From contig JBOZIK010000001.1 in the NCBI GenBank assembly GCA_051453625.1, forward strand, positions 38,093,297-38,156,119: 62,823 nucleotides of DNA, in the 5' to 3' direction. The position numbers and the translations under genes are program-made. The DNA comes from Welwitschia mirabilis. Taxonomy: Eukaryota. The notes beneath the pieces are model-generated. The model did not search any database. It saw only the letters and a program-made list of their open reading frames with translations, and was not told the origin of the DNA. Below are positions 25,901 to 39,724 of the stretch, in pieces. The stretch's first letter is position 1. Each line of letters starts with the position of its first letter.

Positions 25901-27111
25901 AGATAAAAGTATTTGTAAGAGGGTTTTAATTTCTTAAATGCCTCACCTATTACTAATGCTTCCCTTATAGAATATAGGTGGGAAATTATGTGGACTTGGT
26001 TTTTTATTTATGCAAGCTAGCAACATGACTAATGAATTTGAAATAATTGGATTTAGTACATTATTATAGTAGAACATATGATTTTCCAATCAAGTAATTA
26101 GATTTATTATCTAATAAATTTTAAATACATGATTTTAAACCTATGTTTGAAATTATTTACAGTTAAATGCTTCCATGAGAAGTTATCAACTAAGAAGTAC
26201 TAATATTAAAAGGAATTATATGGGATCAGATATAGTTTTATGTGGCAGGGTGTTGAAACATGATTGCATCTTTTTTTACACCACCCATTTAAAGTTGAGA
26301 TTTGGAGCTCTTTTAAAAAGAGATGAAATGCATGAGGCCCTTGACAAAATTTATTCTAGATTTCATTTTAGATTAGAAAATGACTGACTTTTTTACAGAG
26401 CATAAGATTATGTGGAATACTCTTCCTTGGTGCTTATTGAGGGAAGATGGTGGAGTATAACAAGAGGATTTTTTAAAGAAAAACTTGCCTAACCTTATTA
26501 GTCTAGTTTATTGTTCTAACTCTGTGGAGGGATATCACCTAGTTTTGAAAATATTTTTGTAGGTATGGTAGCCCTTATTCACGACTTATAGGAGAAGGAA
26601 CAAGCCTTATTACATCATATGATGAGTAGAGATATTGGACTTTCCATAGAACCACCATTTTACTGGATTTTATTTTACTTTGCTAGTTTTGTGGCAATTT
26701 TTTTTAACCTTTTAAGGTGTTCATTTAGTAAAATAGCTTGAAAGGCTTTTGAGGCATTTGTTTCCTAAAATGCCTTAAAAGGCTTTTACCTTTTGAGGCA
26801 TTTATTCGGTAAAAAGCCTTAAAAGGATTTTGAGATATTTCTTGGAAATAAATGCCACCAAAGGTCTTTTGAGGCATTTCTTGAAAAAACATTACAAAAG
26901 CCTTTTGAGGCATTTCTTGGAAAAAGGCCTTAAAATACATTTTAAGGAATTTCTATTAAAACACCTTGAGAATGCCTTAAAAGCATGTAGGCTTTTAAGG
27001 TGATGCTTTTTAAGGTGTTTTATGAAGAAATGTCTTAAAAGATTTTAAGGCATTTTTAGGGCATCTTAAGGTGTTTTGAAAACACCTTAAAAGTCAATAT
27101 TTCTTGTAGTA
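22920..27111 (+). mobile_element. CACTA (En/Spm) transposon remnant; right end clear, left limit uncertain
   Basis: Ends ATTTCTTGTAGTA, the reverse complement of the CACTACAAGAAA TIR with a terminal G>A, preceded by ~400 bp of subterminal repeats. The internal 22920-26700 is assigned only by position; I could not read transposase motifs with confidence. Confidence 0.6.
26705..27095. repeat. CACTA subterminal repeat array (TTTT[G/A]AGGCATTT in direct and inverted orientation)
   Basis: More than a dozen variants of TTTTGAGGCATTT / AAATGCCTTAAAA next to the TIR. They explain the repetitive ORF 26725-26940. Confidence 0.88.
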
Positions 27112-27757
27112 ACTACTATCATTATCATGTATCCCCATCATCTTCCTACTCAGTAATGCCACATGTCTCTGTGATGTGTCATCATCGTCATCACCACATG
27201 TCGTCAAGAATGTGAGTTACTTTTGATGTGGAATTTGATTAAGCTCGTAATTGCATTTTATTTAATTCTTCATAATAAGTTAAGACCATGATATTTTCAT
27301 TATTTGATGTAGAAGAATTGGTAGCGTTAGTAGTCCTAGATGGTAGCCCCAGTATTTAAGTGAAAATGATAAGTCATTTTTAGCATGTCCTTTAAATTGG
27401 CATAAATGACCTAAAAATGTCATGCACAAATGGTAAATTCATAATTGTAATAAAAGATCAATAGAAAACATGTTTTTATGATACAATTAAGCATATTAAT
27501 GTTTTTCATTAAGATAAATTAGTTAGTTAACTTGATTGTAATGTTAATTTTTACATATTAACACATCTCCTAACTAAAATTTGCTAGTGCCTTAGTAAAA
27601 GGTTGATAATAAAATGGTTAAATAGGGAAAATTTATCTAAGTTAAAGCACTTAAGCATGAAAATGATATAATTTTGAAAAAAATGTATGATAATTTTTTA
27701 TAATTAAGGCATAAAAATTTCAGTGAATAATAATGTGATAACTAGATGGCATATCCT

Positions 27758-29111
27758 TGATAGGATCAAGAACCATAGAGGGGGAGTGAATAGTTTCTTT
27801 TAAAAAAAACTTAACTAATAATCTGAAATAAATCAATCTAAATAAAACTTGCATATAATAAATAAATTTTTCTAGGATGAGCATAATATGATAAAATACT
27901 AGAAGTAAAGAATCAAAAACAGAAAGCATAAACTACCAATTTGATGCAAGCCAGATTTATAGTAGTTCGGAAGGTCCCCTACTCCAGTCTCGACGATCAG
28001 CTTCTCCCAAGCTACATCTTGGATCTCTGTTACTTCACTAGGTATTCTAGATTCACCTGTAACCTTTACAAATGGACTTTCCTAGGCTTAATCTCAACCT
28101 TTAGCAATGAACTTTTCAAGGCTTAGTCTCAAACTTTAGCAGTGCATTTTTCAAGGCTTAGTCTTAACCTTTAGCAAATTGGGTAGTGATGTAGTAATGC
28201 CTCAAAAGCATAGATATTGCTCATTCTAAAATCAGTACAATAGATGGAGCTCTTCTCCTAGAGGATTATAACCAATAAAGATATAGATCTAACTTTGATT
28301 AAAGTAAGTATGCCAAATGGTAGATCTCCTCTAGTTAGAAATGTAGATGCCAAGATACAGAAATGATAGCAACTCCAAAGCATAGCTTGATCTTTTAGGT
28401 CCATAAATTTGGCTAAATGAAAGTGGTTCCAAAAGATTGATTAGTCATCTATGGCTTAGCTATTTATAATGAAAGGCTATTAGGGCTTAGTATATTTTAA
28501 TTGTACCTCCAATGGTTATAAATGACTATAAAATAGCTATCTAATGGCTAGATAACATATACATAACATTTTCTACTCTGTTTGGTCGACCCCACAAAAA
28601 TCCGATCAACCCCACGTGGTCCCATGAACTACATAAGTCGCTTGAGAGAAAGATTTGATTGCCCTAAGTTTTTATGTTTCCCTGTCTAGTTGACTCTATT
28701 TGGATCTGGTTAATCCCAGTCTAGTCGACTCCATCCTGTATCTAGTTAACCCCTTGTCTCTCAGTCTAGGAATACTCTCTGTCAGGTCCTTAAATCTAAT
28801 CTACCCCATAAAAGTCCAATTGATCCCTTTTCATTTGATTTAAGAACACTAATTCTCCAAAGTTAGAGGTCTGGTCGACCCCATAAAAATTTAGGAATCC
28901 CCTTTGGATGTAGTTCATTTTTCTTTCTCTACTTTAGGTGCGGTTGACCCCTCTGGAGGGTGAATAAATAAACATGTTTTTATGCATATTTTAGTTCCAT
29001 CTTTCAGCTTGTAAAAACCTTAATATCTTTTGCATAAAATATATAAAATTTATTATACAATAGATATTATTTTGACATCAATTAGCAAAACATAATCTAA
29101 TAACCCAAACA
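27758..29111 (-). mobile_element. Sirevirus-like (Ty1/copia) solo LTR
   Basis: TGATAGG...AGAGGGGGAGTGAATAG is the reverse complement of the Sirevirus U5 CTATTCACCCCCCTCT-type motif. The other end is ...CCCAAACA. Repeated GGTCGACCCC-like motifs inside. The flanks rejoin to match the uninterrupted copy at 6315-6345. Confidence 0.8.
28083..28177. repeat. ~35-bp tandem repeat, about 2.7 copies, inside the solo LTR
   Basis: AGGCTTA[A/G]TCT[C/T]AA[C/A]CTTTAGCA repeated three times. Confidence 0.85.
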
Positions 29112-30264
29112 AAACTAAAATTTTTCCTTAAAGTTATATGATGAAAAAGATTATAGTTATTTAAGAACATAATCTTAGAAATTTATCAGTAAGTTCTTCT
29201 TTTAAAAACCATGTAAAGTGACATTGATAAGTCCTTCTTTTACAAACCATATAAAGTGCTGTAGCTAATCTATTAAAAGGAAAGAATAACTAATGCAAAA
29301 TGGTACTAATTAGAAGGTTGATCTATAAAAATAATGCATGCCTTACTATTTATTTCTCATAAAAAGAATGATGAAGTGTAGTAGGTGATGGGAATGGAAA
29401 ATGAAAATGTATTAAAGGACTAAACCATAAATCGATGAATGAATGAGCAAACTAATATATGTTAATGACCTTTATTATGTTTTTAAATTTTTTTAGTGAA
29501 TATCAAAATCAAATAAGCATAGTATTGATCAAGTAATTTATATGAATGTTAAGAAATAGAATAAAATATTAAGTATGAAAGTTAAAATATAATAGATCAA
29601 AGAAAGCCTTTAACTCCTAGCTTTTTTATTCCTTTATTTTCTATTTGTACTAGTATGCATGTCCTTAGCTTAAGCTATTGAATCGCATTGAGTATCTAGT
29701 ATTACAACATTTTTTTGATAATAGAGTTAAGCATGTTATTTTATGTAGAACTTAGTGCTACATTGCTAGTGAGTATTTATAGCCCCTATGTATTTGATTA
29801 TGTTATAATTAGATCATTAGAGCTACATTATCAGTGAGCTTTCATAGCCTTAATGCGGTTAATTAAATTCAATTAATTAATTAATGATATATGTGTTTAG
29901 AGAAGAGATATATTATTTTATTTTATTCATCTTCTCATATTCAATTTTTATGCATATTTAAAGGGGTCATTGGCTCATTAGCCTAATCTAGGAAAATCTT
30001 GTCCAAATCAAGAGCTTTTAGACTTAAGGAGAATAATATGAAGATAGATCCCACCTTTTTCAATCATGATTTACTAGGAGTAGAGACCTTAAGTAAATGT
30101 TCCTTTTAAAAATCACACTCAAAATAAGCATAACTTTTACTTAAGAGCCCATAAGTGTATTCAATTTTAACTATTACCTAAGTAATAATAAGATCACTTA
30201 TTCTTGATTTTTATTTAAGGTTATTAACCTAGGTTTGTAAGTCTCATAAATTCATAAGTTGCTA

Positions 30265-32762
30265 GAAAAGGAGATGGTAAAGCTACGGATCCTCTACTTC
30301 AAAAGTTACTTTAAAGGATATGTTAGCCAACAAAAGAAGGGAACTTTAAACCCCATTTGACCTACCCCCTAGAGATGACATAAAGTTAAAAAATTTAAAT
30401 GCCTCTTCTACCTTTTCTAAAGAATCTAATGAAGATCCATTTAACACATAGTCAAGAATAAACAACTCATCCTTACTTCAGGAAATTGGGAAAATAAAAT
30501 TTTAGATAGGACCTACATGATAATATTTCCATTTACCTAAAAAGGAAAAGAAAAAAATTGGCTTAAAACCATTCCACATAGAAGTCTTAAGTCATGGAAT
30601 CATGTACAAGAAGTCTTTATCAAACAGTTCATGAATGAGATAGTTATAAGGACAAGTAAAAAAGAAGTAATAAATATTTAACAATACCCTCATAAATATT
30701 AATACTCAACATATGAAAGAATATTAATAGTCATGCCATTTAACCTGATAAATGAGTTTATAAAATAAGAACTTATTAATCACTTCTATACTAGATGAAA
30801 TAGTAAAACCAAATAAATGGTATATTTTTCATGTGATGGAGATTTACTCAATTTAACCTTAAACAATGCTTAGAAATTATTAGAATACCTTATAGAAAGA
30901 AGTTAAAATTGGCCAAAAACTATATATAAAGATACTAGAACTATATGTAAAATGCTTAGAGAGAAAAAAGTGTAACATTAAGAAGAATAACCAAAGGTTA
31001 ACACCATATTTAGTGATCCTACTAGTATATTAGAGAGTTATAAAGAACCTTTAACTGATGTAAAATTGCTAAATTAACTCAACCATTATAAAATACATGA
31101 TGAAAACTATCACTTTACCAAGGAATGCCTAGTTTAACAACTTGAAGAGAGGCCATATTCAATGAAGTTTATGCATTCAATCAAAGGCTGAACAACTTTG
31201 GAGGTAAATAATAATATCCACTAAGAAATAATGGACCTTCAACATCTTTCCATTCTTTATTTGATAGAAAATATAAAAATCATAACTCTTAACCCGATTT
31301 TTTCAACTATAACAAAAATGACCCTTGTAGAGAAATGATGAAAGAACTGAAAAAGAGATAAGATACCACTAGTGAAATTATAGAAAACCAAAATAAGAAC
31401 TTAGAAAATTTGATTACTCTCCTTCGATAAAACATGCAAAGGCCACAACGATTACTTGCCACTCAAACTATTTCAAACCTAAATGATGTAAAAAAAGATT
31501 AGAAAGTAGTAATCAGAAGTGGATATGATATTACTTATCTTAAAGAAGCTTCAAATTTTATCCATAAAAAAAAAGAAAAAACCTCAAGAAGATGATATTA
31601 AAATTATTAATCAACTAAACTTTCCTTCTACTTTCAACTCTAAATCCAATAACAACAACCAACATCCAAAGGAGAAGACTACCCCAGATTAAACAATAAT
31701 CCAACTTATAATAAGTGTTTAAAAGCAATTATGAATGATGTTATTATTAACTTACCCTTTTAGAAGATCTTTTAAGACAATCCTAAGTACAATAAAATTT
31801 GGAAGGACTTAGAAAGAAGAAAATAAAAGAGGGTAATCCCATGTAAAGTATTCATTGTACAATATCATTCCAACCTAGTTTCCCAAAAATTTCTTAAGTT
31901 TAAAGATCTAAGGATAGCCACTTTTGGTCATATTTTGGAAGGAAATAAGAAAATCAAGAAATCTCTAATAGACATAGTAGCAAGTGTCAATATTATAACT
32001 TTGCACATTTGTAAAAAGATTGGATTAGAAGGGAGAATTAAACCTATCAAAATAGTGTTGGAATTGGCTAATGTATTAATTAAGAAACCTATAGGAATAA
32101 TAAAAGACTTAGTAATTCAAATTAATAAAAATTTCTACCCTATTGATGTGTTCATTATAGAGGTTAGACATAATGGCAGATACCCTCTACTTTTAGGAAG
32201 AGCCTTCCATGCAACAACCCATGGTGTCATTGATACTAGCATGGAGATGATGGAATGTCATATAAGCAATAAAAAGTTTAGTATCAGAGTATTTAATACT
32301 ACTAAAAAATATATGTAAGATGAATTTAATATAGAAGAAAAAGTTAGCTCGTCCATGTTAGTTCAAGATCATCTATTACAAGAAAGGCTCCTTTTATTAT
32401 ATAACTCTACCTTATGGGAGAATGAGGAATAATTTTTTACGATTATTAAATCTTTAAACTTCTTCAATAATTGCAATCTTAACCTAGATCTTTTATACCA
32501 CTCTTTCAATAATTATTTCCATGAGGACTTTAAACCCATACTTGATCATGATATTTAACATGTAAAGTCCATTGAAAATCTTTTACATTAAGATGGGTGT
32601 TTTACAACTATGAAGGATGAAAATGATCTTTAACTTAAAGATTTATCCAATGTCTTAAAATACATTTACTCAAATGACAATCATAATAAGCCATTGATCA
32701 TTAGTTCTCAACTTCACCCTTCCTAAGAAAAAGCCTTACTTAATCTTATCAGTAAGCCAGTA
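30265..32762 (+). pseudogene. Family-A-related gag-protease, degraded, cut by gap
   Basis: IFPFT.KG...WLKTIPHRSLKSWNHVQEVFIKQF (retrotransposon gag), ORF 31935-32318 protease (LIDIVASVNI...YPLLLGRAF), LKDLSNVLKYIYSN linker before the gap. Confidence 0.88.
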
Positions 32763-32862
32763 NNNNNNNNNNNNNNNNNNNNNNNNNNNNNNNNNNNNNN
32801 NNNNNNNNNNNNNNNNNNNNNNNNNNNNNNNNNNNNNNNNNNNNNNNNNNNNNNNNNNNNNN

Positions 32863-32905
<43 letters not shown>
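32863..32905. repeat. (TC)n microsatellite at contig edge
   Basis: About 21 TC units directly after the N gap. Confidence 0.95.
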
Positions 32906-32907
<2 letters not shown>

Positions 32908-32909
32908 AT

Positions 32910-35900
32910 CATGGCTACTTTGTTGAAAGGAAGATTCCATATTTTATTAGATAGATTCAAGCCCATATTGACTAGCAGAATAATGGCTAACCTTAATATG
33001 ACCTTACATGATGATCAAATTTGGGAGGATTGATATGAAGAATTTACATCTATGGAGTACATTTATGAATTTAATTGAGATTTTGTCAAAACAATGCATG
33101 TTCCTCTTCAAAATCCAGATGAAGAAGATGCATGGCAAGTTATTGATCGCAAGCTCATAAGGATAATGTAAAACTCAGTATTCACTTCGCATAAAAAGTA
33201 AGTTGATAAAAGCAAGTCTAGTTATACCAACTATTATACCTTGCGAGATACATTTTATGTGAAGAATAATCTATAACTAATCAACCTCATTATGAGCATG
33301 AATAGCCTTCATTATAAAAGGGGTAAAATGCATCAACTCGTATTTTAAATAATAGATATTAAGGTGATGGTTGTTAAGATAGACCCAACAAATAAAGTAT
33401 GCATTTATTACGTAAACTTGGTTTATTGCTACTTAGAGGATGCATCTCTTCATAGCTACATTCTATCCCTTCATGGAAGTAAGCAGCTACCTAATATGAA
33501 CTCTGACATGCTCAATAAGGATTTTATTGTTGTAAAAGTAAAATTTAACTTCACAAGCTCCTTATCCTTTGATGTAACATTCAAAGTTTTTCATTCTCAA
33601 GGACTTCTTCATCAACATAAGCAGTCTTCCAGTAACTCTCATTTGCCTAAGGAATTGCATTATGAAAAGGATAAGGCTCTATAGAAATAACTAACTAAGA
33701 TGCCTAATTAAACTCAGCTAAACAAGAAGCAAGTTTAGCATATTGCTACTCTAAAGAAAAACAAATATTAGTATTAATGATGCCAAAGCCAAGGTCATAC
33801 TATAGACTTTATTTGAATAACTTAGGACAAGATTAGATCACACCTAAGGCTAATATAGTTACTTAAGAATATGAATCCCTTAATGATGAAAATTTTAAGT
33901 TAAATGCAATTTTTAATAACTCTAACTTTATGGGTTTGAATTAGCATATACCTCATGACAAGATGTGGATCCTTAACATAGGTGCTACTCATTACATGAT
34001 CTATTAGTATGATTATTTTGATGACTTTGTTGAAGTACTAGTTAGATTTATTTGGTAGATAGAACTCTAGTTCTAATAAAAGGCTATGATTCAACTACCC
34101 TTAACTTGACATTCCTCTCTCCATAGACTATTTCTAATGTTCTATATGTGCCTTTTTTAAGGTTGCATCTTCTATCACTTTTCACTCTAATGTAAGAAGA
34201 TCATTTAATTTTTATGATGAAGCACTCAATGGACATTTATAAGATTCTAATAAATAACTGGTTATGAAAATCTACATGGATGGAAAGCTTATTCATCTTC
34301 AAGATTGTGTTAAAAGGTGAAAGATCATTTGCACAGAGATGACATCTCTTCCTTGCTACTATGACATGCTTGAATAGGACATCTTACTTCTCGCACCATA
34401 AATGCAATGCATGAGAATGAATACCATTATCTTCCATCCATCTTATAAGATTTTCCTTAGTGTAAAGCATGTATAATACGCAAATCAATTAGAGAATGAT
34501 TTGCACCAAGTGACATGCTGATCATAACCTTTTACTTATTCACAGTGATCTTTGTGGACCTCTGCTATTTTCTACTCTCCATGACTTTTATTATTTTATC
34601 TCTTTTATTGATGACTATTCTTGGATGGCTTAGGTGTATTTCACTAAGTTCAAATCTTAGACTTTGAACATTTTTAAGAAGTTTAACACCAAAGTGAAAA
34701 AGCAAGTTGATGTAGGATTAAGAATTTCCAATCTGATAATGGTGGCGAGTATACATTTGTCAAGTTTAAGGACTTTCTTGCTTCTAAAAAAATTCATCAT
34801 TTAAAGACCTATGTTGGGACACCTTAATAAAATAGCATCGCTAAATGATTTAATCACACAATCATGAATATGGTGCATTTCATGATGTATTCCAATGGTT
34901 GTAAGACCTATCTTTGGGGTGAAGTAGTGAATACAACTATGCATTTTAATAACTGCATTAGTTAATATACTAAAAAAGGAGTATCTCTAGCTAAAAAGTG
35001 GTATGAATATGAGCTGAAGTTGTACCAATTTTATGTTTTTTATTGCGAGTGCTATGTCCATATTCCACATGAACATTGTGATAAATTTGGAGTACATTGT
35101 TGTATCAACATCTTTATGGGATATCTAACCAACCAAAAGAGTTATTAAGCTTCTTGCCTAGAGCATTATAAGATCATTGTTTCTCATGATGTCATCTTTT
35201 TAGAAACTTTAAATAATTACTCTCAACTTGATATTTTAAAGCTTTGTCCTTCTTCTAACCCAGTAACTATCTTAGATGCTCAATATCCTATCGTTGATGG
35301 GGGAAGATGTAGCCACCAGTCCTACTCTAGTTCCTTCTATTGGTACAACTTTTTTGCAACCCATAGGAATTAAGCAATTTAATGCTTCAAGCATCCTTAA
35401 TCATTGTTCCAATTTCAATTCAATTGATTCTTTAGATAAAGAAGCTGAGACTACCCATAGACAACATTGAAGTAATTAGTTATAGTTAACTCTTTAAGAT
35501 GTTTGTAATGATGAAAAAGGTAAAACTAGAACTAGACATGGATCACATACATCTCATGATGAACTCTACCTAACTTTTAATAGTGAACCAACTTCATTTA
35601 AAACTGCTATTTAACATGATCATTGGATTAAAGCCATACAAGAAGAATATGATAGCCTTATTGAAAATAACACATATGAGTTGGTAAACCTTTTATTAGA
35701 ACACTTATTATTACTTAACAAATGGATTTTTTGCAACAAATATGATGCAGATAACATTCTTCAGTGACATAAAGCTTAGCTTATTGTTACAAACCTCTAG
35801 CAAAAGAAAGGACTTAAGTATAATAAAGTTTTTGCTTCAATAGCAAAATGGGCTAACATTAGAACAGTAATTACCTTGACAGCACAAAAAGGATGGAAGC

Positions 35901-37661
35901 TTCATCAATTAGATATAAATACTATCTTTTTTCATGAAGACTTAAAAGAAGAAATCTATAATATGCAACCAAAGGGTTTTGAAAGAAAAGATAAAAAATA
36001 CAGGGTGTGTATATTGATTAACTCTTTGTATGGGCTAAAATAAGCATAGAAATCTTGGTACACTAATCTTGCAAATTATTTTAGTTTTATTAGATTTAGA
36101 TTATATAATAATTAAGATGTGGATGCCACATTATTCATCAAATTTGAGGGACAAAAATTGACACACGTAGTGGTACATGTAGATGATATGCTAATAATTA
36201 GAAATGATAAAGAAGATATGAAATGGACAAAAATCACATTGAGTAAGGTATTTAAGATCACTGATTTCCAAATTCAACTTAGATTTAGAAATTTTTTAGC
36301 AAAATAATGAAATATTCTTGACACAAAAGAAGTACATTAGAAATCTAATCCAAAAATTTGGACTAGAAGTGTAAAAGAAGTTGTGATACCTTTAGAGAAA
36401 AATGTCAAAATATTTGTTGATGAAGACTCAAAATCTACAAATAAAATAGAATACAAAAGCATAAGTGAAAGTCTAATTTATGTAATCAACACTAGACTAG
36501 ATGTATTATATGTCGTTGATGTATTATCAAGATATCTTCTTATGCCTAAGGTTATTCATCTGAATGGTGTAAAGAGAGTACTAAGATATATAAAGAAGAA
36601 AAAAGAGTTACGTCTTACCTATAAAATAAACCCTTAATTCATCCTCAAGGCATACTCTAACTTATATGTCACTAGAGAAACTAATAGTGTATATCATATT
36701 CTTAGTATATCATATTATTTACATCAGGTTATATCATATTCTTGGGAACATTGTCTCTATCTTAATGATTAAAGTGTCAAAAAACTATAGTGTGATCTTT
36801 TGTTTAAGCTAAATATACAATTGCTTCTAAATCATGTAAAGAAATTGAATGGTTGAGGAAATTGTTAGAAGTAGTAAACCTTGAACAGACTAAGGTAATA
36901 AAACTCTTCATCGATAATCAATGACTAATATACATAGTGAAATATCTAATGTATTATGATAGGATAAAAGAATTTCATGTTGGGATCCATAAAATTATGA
37001 AACTCATACAGAATGAAATTATTGCTCTAATATACTTACTAACTATAGACAAACTTTCAATATTCTTACCAAATCACTTAATTAAGAGAAGTTCTAATAT
37101 TTCCAATCCAAGGTTAGATTGATGATGAGTTGAGTAAAATTCATTTCTTTCTTGTACATTATGGGATTTATTTGACTTGCAAATCTCTGATTAAAGTCAC
37201 ACTTGATCCTAGTACTACATGATGTATAGTATAAATATGGCCTAGTACTATGGGATGTCTAGTACATGTTTTGGCCTAGCATTATAGAATATGTAATGCA
37301 CATAATAAGCCTATCTGCTACAAGATGTATAGCAGTAAATTGACTACTTCTTTAATGAAGTAGTTTCCTCAAATGTAAATCCTTTTAAGAGGTTTTATTG
37401 TAGGCCGTATTTGCAAGGTTTTCCCCTAAGCACTCTAGGTTTCCCTTGGAAGAGAGTGTATTCCAATGTTGAGCAGTAAATTGTTAATGCTTAGGTACAC
37501 TGTGGTTCCATGCGTAAGGATACATGAAAACCCTAGGGTATACTTACCTTTATAAAGCAAGCTCTTCATGTAATAGTAAGAAGAGGTGAAATAAAATTCA
37601 TTTTTTAAAAAATCTTGTTCTAATCTTAGGACTCTTGTTTCTCAGTAGTTATTCCCTGACA
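32910..37661 (+). mobile_element. Ty1/copia element, degraded (gag-PR-INT-RT-RH, putative short 3' LTR 37399-37661)
   Basis: WILNIGATHYM (PR, ~33965), LIHSDLCGP (~34537), FIDDYS, SDNGGEY (~34732), WKLHQLDINT.F.H.DL.EEIY..QPKGF, VHVDDML, TRLDV..V..LSRY, WLR.LL (RT/RNase H). TGTAGG...CCTGACA with an internal TATAAA is the likely LTR. Confidence 0.9.
37208..37340. repeat. ~33-35-bp degenerate tandem repeat x4 in copia 3' UTR
   Basis: Units begin CCTAGTACTA / CCTAGTACTA / CCTAGCATTA / CCTATCTGCTA, each with a GATGT.TAG-like core. Confidence 0.65.
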
Positions 37662-39199
37662 TGTTGTAGCTCATACAAATGGAATGTGATAAATTTAGCA
37701 AATATAGATAGAAATCTTTCTTATCTTGTGTTATGTATTAAATTTAGGCTTGTAGGAATAGAGAATTATTTCATAGAAAACTCATTTATTTAGGATGAGT
37801 TAGGCGATCAATCAGGAAAAGGAATTCTACAAACTAAGAGGTAAGAATAATAGTTCTTAATCTTAACAAGGATAAAAAGAAAATAGCAATCATGAAATAC
37901 TTGATAAAGGTACATTTTAAATGTTATGAATTTTTCATATTCATTAACATATTATTATTACATTTTGAAATTAGGTTTTAAAAGTTTATTTGAGAATTGG
38001 AACTACTTGTAAGTTATTTTCACTTGTAACTTCTTCATTGGATCTTCTAGTAAAGTGCTTCCTAGTCATTATAAAACTAGTTTTTTTAGATTTTGTCTTA
38101 TATGTAAATCTAAGTATCACTTAATTATTAAAATAAAACTTTTAAGTTATTGAAACATCCTTTCAGTAAAAAGACTATTAAAAAATACAATATATTTCAC
38201 ACTAGGAATAAATGAACAATGCATTTATAGGCTCTATTATAGCTATTTCTTAATTAGTTATCATATCATTTCTAAGATATAATGATGATAACAATAATAT
38301 TTCCTTACTATGAAATTATTTACTAAAATATTAAATATACTTAATATCTATAATATTTCAAATTACTCAATTAAGATTTAACATGCATTTAATAAGAAAC
38401 ATTAAAAATTAAAGAACAAGAAATTGATAATACATTAATTAGATAAAAATAAAGTATCTCTTTATTAATGGTAGTAGTTTGTTCTCTCCATCGTATTCTA
38501 GCCTTGGTCTAGTGCTCAAAGGTAAAGATGTGAACTATGATCTTAGCCATCCTTTTGCAATGCTTGGGGATTAACCAAGGTTATCATTGGTTACATTCAT
38601 CTAATTTATTCATCTTACCTAATAGCATAGGCTTAGCCAAGATAAAGAAATATAATGTTAACTATTACACCCTTTCAGTATATAGTAGTTACCTTTAACT
38701 ACATATTAATAACACTAAATAAATAATCTCTTAATTATAAAGTGATTTTGGATTATTACATTTCCTTTCCATTAATTTCTTGGCTTCTCCTTAAGTGGAG
38801 ACACTCTAATGGATGGATCACTTATGGTTGAATCCATTGGTCATTTATTTTCAGTGTTCGTTATTATCTCTATAATAAATCCATTGACATGAAGATAAAT
38901 TAAGAATTAAAAAACATAAAATGATTTTCTCATCTTGATTTTCCACCTGAAACTTTTTATTCTCTTTTTTGTTCTAGTTAATTCTGTTTTTTTCTTTGTT
39001 CTATATAATTAGCCTACTTTTCAATTAAATAACTAAGGAAAGATCTATCTCATAAACTCCCTATTCTCTCATGTGTTTTGATTACAATGTGTATTTAATT
39101 AACACTTCTGTGATGGTCTTATTTTGGGATTTTCTAATGTAGGTTTCTAGAATTTCTTTTAGCTAGATGTTAAAAGCAAGATTAGGTTTCAATAAGATG

Positions 39200-39724
39200 T
39201 GTTTTCAATCAATTGTATAATCCTAAACTATGTTCTCATAATATGATTTCGATAACTGACATGAAATACTAGGTGAATCTTTAACAACATTAATGGTAAT
39301 TCCAATTTATATACCATGTTTTCAATTTATTTCATAGTCTTAAACCAACCATAATACTATAATTAACTTATGATACTTTCTAATCTTCATATAGCTTCTT
39401 TGTATTTTAACTCATCATAGAACTTAACTCCCTACTTTAAAGACTCTACTAGAGTGCTTTTGGTCATAGTATTTCTTATATTTATATGGATCTTCCTATA
39501 GCTGCCTCTTCATTTAGTCTATCATTTCATCCATAGCTCTTACTTTAGAATTAGTTATTCTTATCTATCTATGCATAATATCTGACCATGTCATTAGAGT
39601 GGAATAGTTTCTTTAATACATAACCTTAAGTGACATGCATTTTATAGATGTTTGGAAGGTCTTGTTATTGGCAAATTCTAGCAAGTGTAGGTATCTCTTC
39701 CAGTTTCTAGGTCTACTTGCCACA
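39200..39724 (-). pseudogene. Chromovirus-like Ty3/gypsy integrase C-terminal remnant
   Basis: Minus strand NWKRYLHLLEFANNKTFQTSIK, KKYYDQKH..RVFKVG, YKLELP...KIHLVFHVS. Confidence 0.8.

Larger units (their letters stand above)
27112..30262 (-). mobile_element. Second family-B copy: partial 3' LTR (27112-27563), PPT and 3' non-coding region, interrupted by a solo LTR
   Basis: 27541-27757 aligns with 6075-6330 and 29112-30262 aligns with 6333-7420. Confidence 0.8.

Noticed and set aside
26705..27095. CRISPR-like array, or the repeat protein in ORF 26725-26940 (FQEMPQK repeats)
   Set aside because: The repeats are short, in both orientations, irregularly spaced and abut a CACTA TIR, so they are subterminal repeats. 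No cas genes are present.
32736..32966. ORFs with ERERER repeats and other ORFs containing X runs
   Set aside because: Artefacts of the (TC)n microsatellite and N gaps.
33364..33684. 106-aa ORF as a possible host gene
   Set aside because: It lies between the copia gag start and protease and is best explained as frameshifted gag sequence.
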